Positions 22,286-35,191 of a stretch of DNA of 64,000 nt are shown one piece after another; within the stretch, counting starts at the first letter, position 1, and every line of letters begins with the position of its first letter. The notes under the pieces were generated by a model, which ran no database searches, was not told the origin of the DNA, and saw nothing but the letters and a program-made list of their open reading frames with translations. The DNA comes from Azolla caroliniana (lineage: Eukaryota > Plantae > Polypodiophyta): contig JBHGNT010000008.1 in assembly GCA_043228905.1 (NCBI GenBank), positions 744,001-808,000 on the forward strand, read 5' to 3'. The translations under genes and the position numbers were made by a program.

Positions 22286-24008
22286 GGAAAGAGAAAGGGA
22301 AGAAAAAGATGTGAGAATACGACAACTGTAGGGATGAGTCAGATCAGAGCGAATCCGACTCTGGAAAGAACGAAGACAGACCTTTAGAGATGAAGTCCAA
22401 GTCGGCCAAGAGGGCCCTTAAATAGGCTAACGAGAAGTTACGTTGATCTACCCGCCAGAAGAACTCCGTCAGGTGGTATGGGTATAATGAGTACATGGCA
22501 CATCACTATGCGTACATGACGAAAGTGGTGGAAGTGCGTGAGCCGGCGAGCTACACAAAAGCGGCGAAAGATGCGAATTGGCGTGCCGAAATGGAGGAAG
22601 AAATGCGGGCATTGATGCCAATGACACGTGGGACTTGGTTGACCCTCCTCGACATTGCAAACCGATCGGCTGCAAGTGGGTATACAAGGTAAAGTATAAT
22701 GCCAACAGTTCTGTCAACCGGTACGAACCCGATTAGTGTCCAAAGGATATGCGCAGACCCACGACATCAACCACGACGAGAGCTTCGCTCCGGTACCGAA
22801 GATGACATCGGTTCGTATGGTGCTAGTAGTTGCTGCGAAAAAGGGGTGACATCTTCACCAAATGGACGTGAAGAATGCGTTTCTTGAAGGCGATCTTGAA
22901 GAACAAGCCTATATGATCCAACTCCTGGGATTTCAGTCAGAGATGAACACGTCAACAGTGTGCCAACTCAAAAAATTGCTTTATGGCTTGAACCAAGCTC
23001 CCCGAGCTTGGAATTTGAAAACCACACACCAGTTGCATAAGACGAGGTTTGCGGCCTCAAAGTTCGACTCTTGATTGTTCATCCGGATGAATCTGAATGG
23101 TCCGGTATGCATTCTACTATATGTCGACGACTTGATCGTCACCGGACCCGACCTCGCTGAAATCGGCCAAGTAAAGTCCCAACTGTTGGATGCATTCGAA
23201 ATGAAGGACCTGGCAAACCTTCATTATTTCCTCAGGATCGAAGTGATCCACACCCCCGACGACATATTGCTATCTCAGTGACACTATGCGTTGAATATGT
23301 TGTACAAGTTCGACATATGACTGTTCAATGTCGATTGGCCTCAACACCCCTAGACTGAACCTCAAGCGATACCCCGACTCCAGACTAGCCTACAACGAGA
23401 GACGGGATAATAAGCCAATTTATGTAGAAGCCGACCATGGAGCACCTTCAGTGTGCACACCGAATACTCAAGTATGTTAGTAGCACTAAGGACTGGAAAT
23501 TGTTATACCAACACGGTATAAACGAAAAGCTAGTCGGTTAAACAGATGTCGACTGAGCCGGTGACGCATCGGATCATCGGTCCACTTTCGGTTATATGTT
23601 TTCTTTGGGTAGCACGGTTGTTGCGTGGAGCAGCAAAAAACAACCAGTAGTGGCTCTATCGAGCATTGAGGCTGAGTATTGGGGCACTATCATCGCCACC
23701 TGTGAAGCCATCTGGCTTCGACAGTTGCTGTAAAACCTCCAGATCGTAGTTCCGACTTTGATCCCGATCTATTGCGACAACATTAGTAGCATGCAGCTCG
23801 CCAAGAACCCCGTGTTCCATGCTCGGACAAAGCACATAGAAGTTCATTATCACTTTGTGTTCGAGTGGGTCCTAAACGGTAAAGTCGAACTCTGGTATGT
23901 TCGAACGGATCGGTAAGTTGCCGACATCTTCACCAAGCCACTCAGATTGGACAAATTGCAACATTTTTCAGAGGTGCTTGGGTTGAAGCATCTCGACATG
24001 CCGTAGTT
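22286..24008 (+). pseudogene. Copia RT-RNase H, degenerate
   Basis: QMDVKNAFLEGDL, LYGLNQAPRAW, LLYVDDLIV, WSSKKQPVVALSS, IYCDN, HARTKHIEVHYHFV, with multiple stops. Confidence 0.9.
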
Positions 24009-24638
24009 GAGGGAGAGAACCAGAACAAGAACCGGAAAAACAGGTAAAGGCATCGAAGAAGCAGCAGTAAAAGAGGAGGAAAAGACTTAAACAGGGGGAG
24101 ACAAAAAGAAAATGGAAGCTGAGTCGACTGAAGAAGCCGGCACATCCAAAAATGTCGAAATGAGCGACGACAGTAGTAGAGTCAAGAAGGACAGAACCGA
24201 CTAGAAGAAGAAGGCCAAGACCCAGACTCGTCTGATGTGGTAAAGGGTTTGGAGGATGAGGACAAATTGGAGACATCCAATTCGGACAAGAGCTGGAACG
24301 AATTGGAGGCACCCCATTCGGAAGAGGCGTTCGATTCGGAGGAGCCATATCAACAGGAGGTCAAACGGACTAGAAGACAACGAAAGTCGACATCGACACA
24401 GAGGAACCGATGGGTCGAGAAGCGCAAAAGTCATAGCAGTCAAGGAGTTGAGATGGGCCTCTTGAGCAAACAAGCTCACCGAGAAGGTTGAGGTGTGCAG
24501 AACCGGATGGTTCATGGGAAGCGGAACCGGACGGGTCGAGGAGCGCGAGCAAGGCGAGAAGATGCCACGAAAAGCCGACTGCAAGGATTGGCAAAGATTG
24601 ACACTAAGATCCGACCTCAAGGTGAGCTTGAGGTGGAG

Positions 24639-25113
24639 TGTTGAGTGGACAAGCTTAACTTGATTCGGATCAACTGTGTAAGCCAGAGCCGGATTGGTAT
24701 CCGGAACAAGAACCGGATCGATGACTGGAGAAGAGAGCTAGATACGGAGAACCGGATCGGAGAGCCGGACCCGCGTGCGAACCGGCAAGCCGTTGGAGGT
24801 CTACACTCCTAGACTACTAGGTAGTTATCCTAGGAGTTAGTGTCAATCACTCGTACGAGCAATGAAGTACATGTCATTTACTCTGTCAATCCTTTAAGGA
24901 CTTGTATAAAATTGCTCTCTGAGCACATTGTATAAAGAGACACAGAGTAATATTTTGTAATTTGAATTTTATGCAGTTCTACTCTCTATCTCTGTCTCTC
25001 CCACGTACTCTCTATGTGTGTGTAATTTAAGCTTTCCATTAGACCTAAGATCTATCTTCTGTTGCTATCTGGATGAGCCGGTTTGTCTAAGCTTCCACAT
25101 TACTTCTTTTACA
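24639..25113 (+). repeat. Copia 3' LTR
   Basis: TGTTGAG..TTTTACA followed by TSD ATTAG. Confidence 0.93.
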
Positions 25114-25614
25114 ATTAGTAATATGTGCTTAGTTTTGTGTAGATAACAACAATTAAATTTGAAGGTCTAAAATATTATCCTTGCAAGCTAAGTTTATTTG
25201 ATGCTAATTAAAAGCTAATGATGATTAAACAAATTTCCCCACTACGAAAAATAATTAATCTTGTCCAAGAGAGCGACGTTTTGATAATTGGTAGATATTA
25301 GAATTTTGATATGTTTGTTCACTTCTTTGTATGCATGCATCATGTAGGCAAGCATTCATATTCATTTGGTGAGGCGTACTCCTAACTTTTTCATGCTCTT
25401 TGATACTATGGAGATATAATTATGTGGAATATACTTTTCTAAGACAACGACAAACACTTGCAATTGTGCAAGCAAAATGTTGGAAAGCCCAAATTATATG
25501 TGTGTGCGTTGTCTCAAACTAAAAACATGCATTCCTTTTTTGACCAACTCCTTGACATGCTCGAAAAGTAAATTTGTAAAGCAGTTTGAAATGTGACTTA
25601 GTAAAAGTCTTTTA

Positions 25615-25833
25615 TGTAGTAGGAAACGATGGAGTCTTTTTTTGCACAATGGACATGTGTTGAGTGTGATCTAAAACTAAAAATGTGAGGAGCTGGTATT
25701 AATATTTGGGTTTCCAATGTTTGCTCCTTATTAGTAGGAAACAATGGAGTCTTTTTGCACAATGGAGATTTACGGAGTGTGATCTAAAACTAAACATGTG
25801 AGGAGCTGGTATTAATATTTGGGTTTCCAACGT
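25615..25833. repeat. Local tandem duplication, two units of ~115 bp
   Basis: GTAGGAAAC.ATGGAGTCTTTT...GTGTGATCTAAAACTAAA.ATGTGAGGAGCTGGTATTAATATTTGGGTTTCCAA occurs twice. Confidence 0.75.
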
Positions 25834-28219
25834 TTGGGCCACTATTTCAAATTGAAAGAGGATGTTTAACACATTGCTTGGGACTCCAACCCATAACCTT
25901 TAGGTTAAAACGGTCAGTTGTTAATTAGGCTAGTTTGTTGAGTGTATAAGTTATAATTTCATCCATGAACTCTAATAGGTGATGTATAAAGACAAGGCTT
26001 TCACAATGTGCATTATTGCACAATGATTTGTGATTATGTGATGCATATTACACCATCCACTATTTAACACATATTTCTACTAGAAAATGTATTTATTGTC
26101 ATTTTTTTAATTTTCATGTCATTGTGAATCAAGATTGGTAACCCATACTAATTGTTTAGTTCTTCGTGCTCGTTTTGTGTTGCCATTTTGTTTGTAAACA
26201 TGCACTTTCTATATTCTATGGTTTGAAAAACCTTTGCTCTAACCATGGTATCTAATTACCCAATGCATTGCCACCAAAATTAGAGGAATATAATACATGA
26301 TAAATTAGAGGAATATAATACATGATAAGATTGAACATTTGGTGTGATTGCATCGATATGCATGTCATGTATGTATGTGATTGAATGATGTTTTTGGATG
26401 TTCTTCCATCAATATTCTTGTCAGAAAACCGACAAGTAGCACGAAAGAGGAAAACTATCAAGGAAAAAAGAAAAGCATTTCACATCGAAAGAGAAACCCA
26501 CAAAATATAGCATAAAGGGGCGACAAAATTGGAGTTGGCCTATTACCATGTGATAACAAGGATATATGTGGAAGAAACCTATAACTTCACACGTTTTCAA
26601 AGTCAAACATTGTATTTGTCTCGAGTGATGTGACTACATGTAGAGAAACTCACTACCTATGCCGCGACATGCTACAATGATGGGTTTTTGGTTGTCTCTA
26701 TAGCTAGGATCTAATGCTTGGCCACTATTGGCTACACCATTCTTGCATTTAACTTTACAACATTAAGCACCACAATTTATATGAATGAGTGGTCACATTG
26801 CATTGGGCTCGACATTTGCAATGCTAATGTGACATTTGTAGCCCCACAATACCAAGGATATGAGTAGGGGGTTTGCCCATATAAGAGAAAACAATTGACA
26901 AGTCATTAAAACAATGCCAAATTGGGGCCTCTAGTACATATATGTTTGGATAGCGGGATGTGCATGTATCCTATCCAAGAGAGAACAATAATCAAATTGA
27001 TCATCAGAGCCTAATAATTTGCTTTTAAGTATAACATTTTTACGAGTTTTTATGTGTATAATGTACAATATGGTCTAGGAATGTAGACTAATTATTTAGT
27101 ACATTGTCCATCTTTAGAATTTTACTATACATTCCAGGAATGTGAACAAATGAACCATTTTCCAAATGAACCATCTTTAGAATTTGTATGTGAAGATGGA
27201 GTTAATTGAATTGTGGGGCATGTGGATCATACCATTTTCCAAATTTAATCAACAAGTTGCAGCGCAGCTAACAACATTGTAGAGATTCTATTGAGTTGAT
27301 TGATTTGCGGAGCATGTGGATCAGATCATTTTCAGATTGGAACAAGTTGCTCATGTTGTCGGATGGTCAAAAAACTGATAAAGGATCCCCCATGGCTGCA
27401 ATATGTGTCGATCAAAAATGTACATTACTGTACATACTATGGGGAATGGTCTTCTTGATCAAGCATGAACAAGTTGTCTGTGGTGGGATCAGAAATGGAA
27501 TCATAGGTTGGACAAAGTGGGCTACCGATGGATTAACTTGTCGGAATCAGACCAGATATTAGGGTAACGATCCATGGAAACGTCGGATCTAACAATTGCG
27601 TCAAATATGGAGTGACCACGGACAGGGTGGGCTACCGATTCCAGTTTTTGATTTTGTCGGAATGAAGCAGATTGGAATGAGCCAATGGTGATGTCGCCTA
27701 CCCCTTCCAGAAAGAAAGAAAAAATGAAAAGAAATGAGAGGGGGACAAAGCCATGTTGGTAAATGTACTATGTATGTATGTATGTATGTATGTATGTATG
27801 TAGTTTGCTTTCATGATGGGCCTTCCCTCCTCTGTCTATTCCTCCTGCTACTGTCTGTCTGCAGTGCCTCTCTATGAAAACAACAGTGAATGTTAAATAT
27901 GTAATACATGTTCAAATTTCAAATCGCCAGACTAGGATCGGATCTCTTGGATTATTGTCTTTGTCGTCATATGCATATACATATATGTATGCTTAAAACA
28001 GATTCTTAACATCCATACTATATGCTTCAGATTGATCAGATTGTCATTTTCTTAGCTCTCTACTTTCAGTTTGATCCATACGAGAGTGGCTTGCTGTATG
28101 TATGATTACTGTTACACTCCTCTTAACCTCTGGGGTGTTATAAAGGCCCCCCCAAATACACCTCACTTTTAATAAGGTAGTAAGTTATTCATTGATTCAA
28201 GCTTCGATCCGATCAGTCC

Positions 28220-29912
28220 ATGACCAAGTCTAGTACTGCTACGTCCTCCTCCACTGTAGCCTCTGATGCTCCTCCTGCTACCCCTAACAATAACAATAAT
28301 GGTGGTAGAAGTAATATTAACAATAAGCAGAAGAAGAAGAAGAAATGGATGTCCATAGCCTTGCTTCATTCTGCCCTTGTCTTCATCCAAATCGGTACCT
28401 CTGGCTACCAGGTCATTACGAGGATAGCCCTGACCAGCGGCATGAACCTCTTCGTCTTCGCCTTCTATCGTGGTGCCATTGGCCTCTGCTTCCTCATCCC
28501 CATTGCCTTCTTTGTCGAGAGGTTACAAATGTTACCATTATCATGAAACTATTAAGCCCTCACTCACATATATACATATATATATATATCCTTTGCTTTA
28601 TAATGATCAATTCAATTATATATCATGTCCAGTTAATGATCTGATCTAGACTAGTGCAATTTTCGATCCCATCATATATTACTCAAATTAGGTTACTTCT
28701 ATTGAATGCAGGAATACAAGGCCTCCACTTACATGGGCTCTCCTCGGCCACTGCTTCCTTCTTGGATTGACAGGGTCTGTACATATATTAAACGTAACAT
28801 TTAACAACATGTCATTAATAGTTCGAATTTTTAGTTAAATATGTATTTTACTAGTCAGTATTTACAGCCATCTTCAGTAAACTTGAATCATCATTCCAAA
28901 TGTTACTAAGGTTTCCGCCATATCCATTCCTTATATGTGTATTATATTCACGTCAATATGAAATCTCTACTATGCATAATAATTAGGAGCTATATCACAT
29001 ATGCATATCATTCTAGTAACTGTGGTAGAATTTCTATGATCACATACATATTGCAATTGCGAGTGTTATTAGATTTGGTTCGCCCAGAATGCAGACCCTG
29101 GTAGGATAGCTAAAGATAATTAGAAATTTCCTAGTCCAAATAATCTGTTAATAATTAGAGTTTGAAGCATTTATAATGAATAGTGAATATAGACACAGTC
29201 TTACATTGTGATTGAATTCAGGAAAACTATAATTATAAGTGATATAGGACCAGAGCATGGTCACGATGTATTCTGTTAGTATCTATTATCCGTTTTATAA
29301 GACGTACACATTTGCGTGTCCTAGCGCAGAGTCTTCTTGAGCCAGGCACTGTACTTGGAAGGATTGTCCTACACATCTCCGACATTTGCAGCCGCGATCC
29401 AGAACTCCATTCCGGCAATAACTTTCATAATCGCTGCTGCATTTGGGTAAGATCTGGCTCCCCTCCCCTGAGGTAGGCTTAACCTAAGCAAAAACGCAAG
29501 AATGTGAAGCAACTGTAATAATCCAAGGCATATATATATATATAAACAAAATGATCCACAAACATATGTGGTTGTAATGTTTACATCCAGTTTATTTAGA
29601 ATGAATCCGATATGATGATGATGATGATGATGCACTAATTTCATGATTACCATCATCAGGCAGGAGAAGGTGCGGATCAAGAGTTTACATGGGCAAGCAA
29701 AGATCGCAGGCACATTGACATGTGTTGCAGGTGCAACGGTGATGGTATTCTATAGCGGGCCTGCTATAATCCAAGTGGCATCATGGTGGGCACCTCATGG
29801 CCATGGCAGCAGCAATAACTCACTACAATTAACTGCAGGTAACACTGACTATATAATATATATATATAGCCTACTACATCCATCGGAGGCATTGTCGATC
29901 CTCTCTTATAAT

Positions 29913-29955
<43 letters not shown>

Positions 29956-31460
29956 ATGGATCATATCATTGGCAGTGCAGAGTTGGCAGATCGGTGCTCT
30001 CTTCCTGGTGGGCATGTGCATTGCATTCTCCTTCTGGCTGGTTATTCAGGTATGTATGTATGTATGAATGGATTGGATTGGATTGGATTGGATTGGATTG
30101 GATTGGATTGGATTGGATTGGATTGAATTGGATTGGATTGGATTGGATTGGATCCGCAGAAGCCGGTGGTGGCGCTATACCCTGCTCGCCTCACCATTAC
30201 GGCCATCATGACGCTGTTCGGGACATTGCAGCTGCTGGTGCTGGCCTTGTTCAGGGTGAGAGACCCCTCGGAATGGGCCTTCACATGGGGCTATGAACTC
30301 TTCAGCGTCTTCTATGCTGTAAGCTTTCCTCCTCCTCCTCCTCCTCCTCCTCCTCCTCCTCCTCCTCCTCCTTCTGAGAGCGATGGATCATAAACAGAAT
30401 TTTTAAGTTTTCTTAATAACAGACAAAACAGAGAGCTTTTGACACATTGTCTTAAAATCTTCTGCTGCTATAACTGTAACTGTAACTGTAACCTGTAACC
30501 TGTAACCTGTAACCTGTAAACTGTAACCTGTAACCTGTAACGGTAACCTGTAACTGTAAATAACTGTCTGTGCGTAGGGTATCGTTGTGTCGGGGCTGGT
30601 CTTCTCTGTCCAGATGTGGTGCGTGCAGAGGGGCGGCGCCTTGCTAACGGCAGTCTACCAGCCTGCTCAGACCCTCATCGTCGCCATCCTCACCCTCCTC
30701 TTCCTCAGAGAGAGCTTCTACCTGGGAAGGTATGTACAGTCTCCTCTGTCCTAAACCAATTCCATCATTTCTGCAAACTGTTCTTAAATTCTTTTCCCCC
30801 CTTTTTTGAAACAAACTGCCTGCCATTCAATTCAATGATTACTACTCCTGCAAAACTGATTTATTTCATGATTAGCTTCTGATGTCAAGTGGAATCGCAA
30901 TAATCTAAATTTGATTATTATTAGTTGAAAAAAACAGAAAGTGATTTGAATCAAATTAATAGATTAAGTCATTTTTAATATGGCACATGGATTATTAGCA
31001 TAATATCAAGCTTTTAAAATCTTTGGGCCCCTGCTTGCCTCTTCTGTTCTTATAAATTAGCTTGATCGGTGGGTCGCTCATCATTGTTGGCGTTTATCTC
31101 GTCATCTGGGGTCAAGGTGGAGATCCGAAGGTTTTCCATAGCAGGAGCAGGGAAGATCAGGAGCAGGAGCAGGATCAGGAGCAGCCCCCTCAACAATCAT
31201 GGATAAAGATCGATGCTTCTTCAACCACGATTCCGGATCCTTCTGAGCACGATCATGCTCACCATACTCATGGCCACAACACTAATAATTATATCCCAGA
31301 AACAATCAGAAATCATATAAGCATTAGTTCTCACCATAATCCTACAGCTAAGGAGGAGCGCTTGATCTTCTCAGGAACAACGACGACGTCTCATGACGTT
31401 CCTGCAATTACTCAACCCCTCCTAGCTGCTGTATTCATGGATGGTGATCAGACTAATTAG
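28220..31460 (+). CDS. WAT1-related / UMAMIT (nodulin MtN21, EamA) amino-acid/auxin transporter, 8 exons
   Basis: Exons 28220-28521, 28712-28774, 29330-29446, 29660-29838, 29976-30049, 30160-30318, 30578-30729, 31061-31460; motifs GMNLFVFAFYR, YTSPTFAAAIQNSIPAITF, AKIAGTLTCVAGA, YPARLT, IGGSLIIVGVYLVIWG. Confidence 0.9.
30068..30153. repeat. (TGGAT)n microsatellite filling WAT1 intron 5; (CCT)n and (C/CCTGTAA)n repeats in intron 6
   Basis: Direct inspection. Confidence 0.9.
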
Positions 31461-33761
31461 CTTGTTTGTTAGATCAAGAATGTTACATATGAATCAATTA
31501 AACTAATTATGATGATCCAGCCAGGGGCTAGTGATGATGGCGGCATGGCATGCCTTATATATTGTTAAGTTTCTGATTGATCCATCTAATTCGCCTAAAT
31601 GACTAATAGACAGCAATATATCATCATACATATTAGTACACAAGTTCTCTCTCATGATCAAAAAAATTTTAATTAGTAATTTTGCAGCTGATTGCTAATT
31701 ACCGACGAGCTTACACAGGCTTCCATATATATCATCATTTACATCCATCTCGAACAATTTCATCTGAACATATTAGACTGTGTATATACATATTATGCCA
31801 GTGCTAGACCAAATTCCTCTTAAATATGCATTGCTGGTTACCCCCACTGTTTCTAGAAACTATGATTACTAAGGCCGTGATCCACATGTAGATCCAATTA
31901 GGCTGCTCCATATTCTTGATGATCCTGTCAAGCTCCACCCACCAATTTCTTCAGAAATTCAACATGTCACAAAATTTGACCATTTATGCCATTTAATAAG
32001 CACCTTCTGTCAATGTTTCAACCTATAGAGGCCCAATCACACGTTTCTCCTTCCATTAATAATGACTCTTTAACTTCTCGCCTATGGTAAGCAAACAATC
32101 ACAACAAAGTGAACCATAGACCCAAATTTACAAAAAATTAATCCTACCCAAACTAGCGAGATCTCTAATCATCATCAAATATTCATATTAATGAGAAACC
32201 TTTTGGGTGTAAAACACCAAAGTTACTCACATTTGTAATTCATGCTCCCATTCTCGCAAAAACTATGTTAAATTTATTCCATTAAGAAGATCCTCATACC
32301 TTTATGACAAGGAGAAAAACATTGGTCATGACTCCTCACAAGGATACCAAAGTAATTAAACTATGGTGTACAAATGTCTCATGTTCCACCAAATTATGAA
32401 TAATATGCAGAACAAACCAATCTTTATGACATTTTGACATCACCTAGTTCACTTACTCCTACACCACTTCAAAGAAAATTCACGTTCTCATATGACTACT
32501 CTAGACTCTTATCTAAACCAACTAAATACATTAGACATTTAATCATATATCTCGAATCGACTATTAGTGGTAGTAATATATTTGGATAAAATTCATGTTG
32601 TCGGAACACAAACTGAAACTATTCACACGAAGTTATATATGTTTTTAAAGCATTTTCAATTACTGTAAGTCTAGTCTTATGTTTTATTTCGTAGGTATGC
32701 AAATTACTCTTAGTTGTAATCTAGGAATTTTGATTATTCAAAAGAATAAATTCATTACCGAAAATTTCAAAACATTTGGCATGCTAAACATCGAACCTTG
32801 TTTTACTCCCTTGTCATTAGCATGTAAACATCGAACCTTTATATCTCTTTTCTTATTTAACTAATTTAGAAAGATGTCCTTTACACTTAAGCAGGCATAA
32901 ATATTTATGACCCCATTTACAATGGTAGTCTCACTCTACTCCTTACTTCTATTAGGAGTTTGGAATGTATCCCCAAATTGGGATATCAAAGAGATATAAT
33001 CCACGATACTTCACACAAGCTTAACTTCTCTTCTACAATTACATCATGAACACTTGAAACCATCTCATGAAATTCTTTGTTGTTAGCTTTCACACTCTAC
33101 ACGATTCACGGTTCTTGCCATCACATATAGAGAAATGCAAGAACTCTACTGAATGAATATACGAGCATTGTGAGAGCATGAAATATGAATAGACTACTTA
33201 TATCATATAATATGAAGTCAAGTATTATATGAATGTAAAAGCTTCTATCAAAGTATACACATACATCTATATTATTTCTAGTTGCAACAATCAATTATGT
33301 GTCTTAGGGAGGCCATGATCCTCTAGTCTAGTTATAAAGTTTGATTAATTGGTCAACTAACCAATGATCACCTTTGACTTAATTAGGTACCCTTTCTCTT
33401 TAAATGCCCATTTATTTCACAATATAGCCTCAAATATCCAAAATGTAGAGAATCGAGATATGCCAACACAAACACCTTCTTAGCAGCCAACACAAACACC
33501 CTATATTTATTGGTGAGATATGCCAAGTTAAATGTAGACACCTTCTGCGAGTATATCGATGAGGGGATAAGTTTGCTTAGGGGAACCTCTCAATTAATCT
33601 TCCCTACAATCATAGTTTAGAAAAGAAGATGGAGGGGTTACTCTAATACTTAACCTATGTGTTTTATTTAATAACCTAAAGCAAATAAACTCAAGAAATC
33701 AAAATGCAACATCTTCATGTTTTTTATACTAATATCAATCATACATGATATAAAGGTGACC

Positions 33762-35191
33762 GAATTTAAGGTCGTTGATGGACTAGATAAGTTGAACACG
33801 GAAGAGGAGGTCTGCTTAGGTTGGTTTGTAGGTGAGGGTGTTGCACAAATGATTTGTGGCAGGTGCACAACTAATGAGGATTGCTTGTGGGGCAACCTAA
33901 GTGCTTTGACGGACGATGCCAAGTGGGTGGCATTGTTGGAGGGTAAGAAGTAGCAAGTGAACCCGGCCTAGGGAAACTTGATAATGATTGTAAATTGTGG
34001 CTTTTTTACAACAAGCTCCTATGTGATTTGGTATGTGATCCACTAGAGGTATGGTGGTAGAAACTAGGAACGAACAAACTGGAAAGGTTTTTTTAGTACA
34101 ATACTAAGCTAGGAAGACAAATCATTGGCTCCAAATCAGTGTTGCAGTTTAGACTCGCAATAGCTGGAAGGATAAAGGCATATTAGATGACTTCTGGAAG
34201 TCGTTTTGGAGGAGACTATGTGTGTTGGATATACCAGAAAAAATAAAGGTTTGACTATAGCTTCTTAGGCATAAGGTGGTACCTGTAGGGGAGTCGATGA
34301 GTTCCCATGGTGGGGAGTTTGGTTGCAAGTTATGTGGTCACGTTTTGGAATCGATCCGTCACTGTTTCTGGAATTGTGCATAGGCGATTAGCATTTGGTA
34401 TAGAAATCTCAGGATCATGGCAGCTTGTGGTGTGAATGGGAAAGTTGTGTGGGGTTCCTTACAAGGTTTGATGTTAATGGGGGAAGGCTAGGCAGAACAG
34501 TTAAAGTCATGGGGTCATGGATTATAGTCTAGGGTGGCAATGTGTTCCAATGTGTTGGGGTGAGACCTAGCACAAACTCTAAATATTTTGAGGAGATATG
34601 GCTTATGGTGGCGTGCTTATCGGTCTAGCACATTTGGACCAGGCGTTGCAGGTTTGTTTTTCAACAGTAAAAGCTCCCAACTGGTGAGGAGTTGCTAAAT
34701 ATTTGGTTTGAGTTGGTAGCCTAGGTGTGTAGACGATATGACTTGATTCAGGGGGGATCAGATGAAGCAAAAATGGAGAGGTCAAAGTTTCTACTGAAAT
34801 GTTTTGGTTATCCCATGATGGTCAAATCTTCGATAGGGCCTAAGTGGAACTACCAACTACCTAGGTGGTTGTCTCCGCCAATGGCTCCTAATATTGTACA
34901 CGGGATGTAAATATGTATAGTTGTGGTACAAGTTACCATAGTCGTGTTACCCGGATATCTTTGTTGTAAAAGATTAGGTGGGATAATTATGTTGTAATAT
35001 AGGGGGTGGAGATTATTACTAGATTTGTGGGGGGAAGGACAACATGAGCTTTGCTGAATTTGTTGTTGTTTTTGGAGGGGTTGTATATATCGATGCCTCT
35101 AAGGTTAGTCCTTGTGAATCTTAGTGTTTGAACTTCGTTGTATTTTGTTTGCTAACTAATGCGAAGTAGTGTTTTTCTTTTGCTTAAAAAA
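33762..35191 (+). mobile_element. 5'-truncated, degenerate L1-type LINE
   Basis: zf-RVT-like CKLCGHVLESIRHCFWNC; C-terminal WNYQLPRWLSPP resembles the LINE at 61.8-63.0 kb; short poly(A); candidate TSD AAAGGTGACC (33752-33761 / 35192-35201). Confidence 0.7.

Larger units (their letters stand above)
3587..25113 (+). mobile_element. Ty1/Copia LTR retrotransposon, degenerate; outermost member of a nest
   Basis: TG..CA LTRs 3587-4021 and 24639-25113; 5-bp TSD ATTAG (3582-3586 / 25114-25118); PBS TGGTATCAGAGC; PPT before the 3' LTR; domain order gag-PR-IN-RT-RH. Confidence 0.95.
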
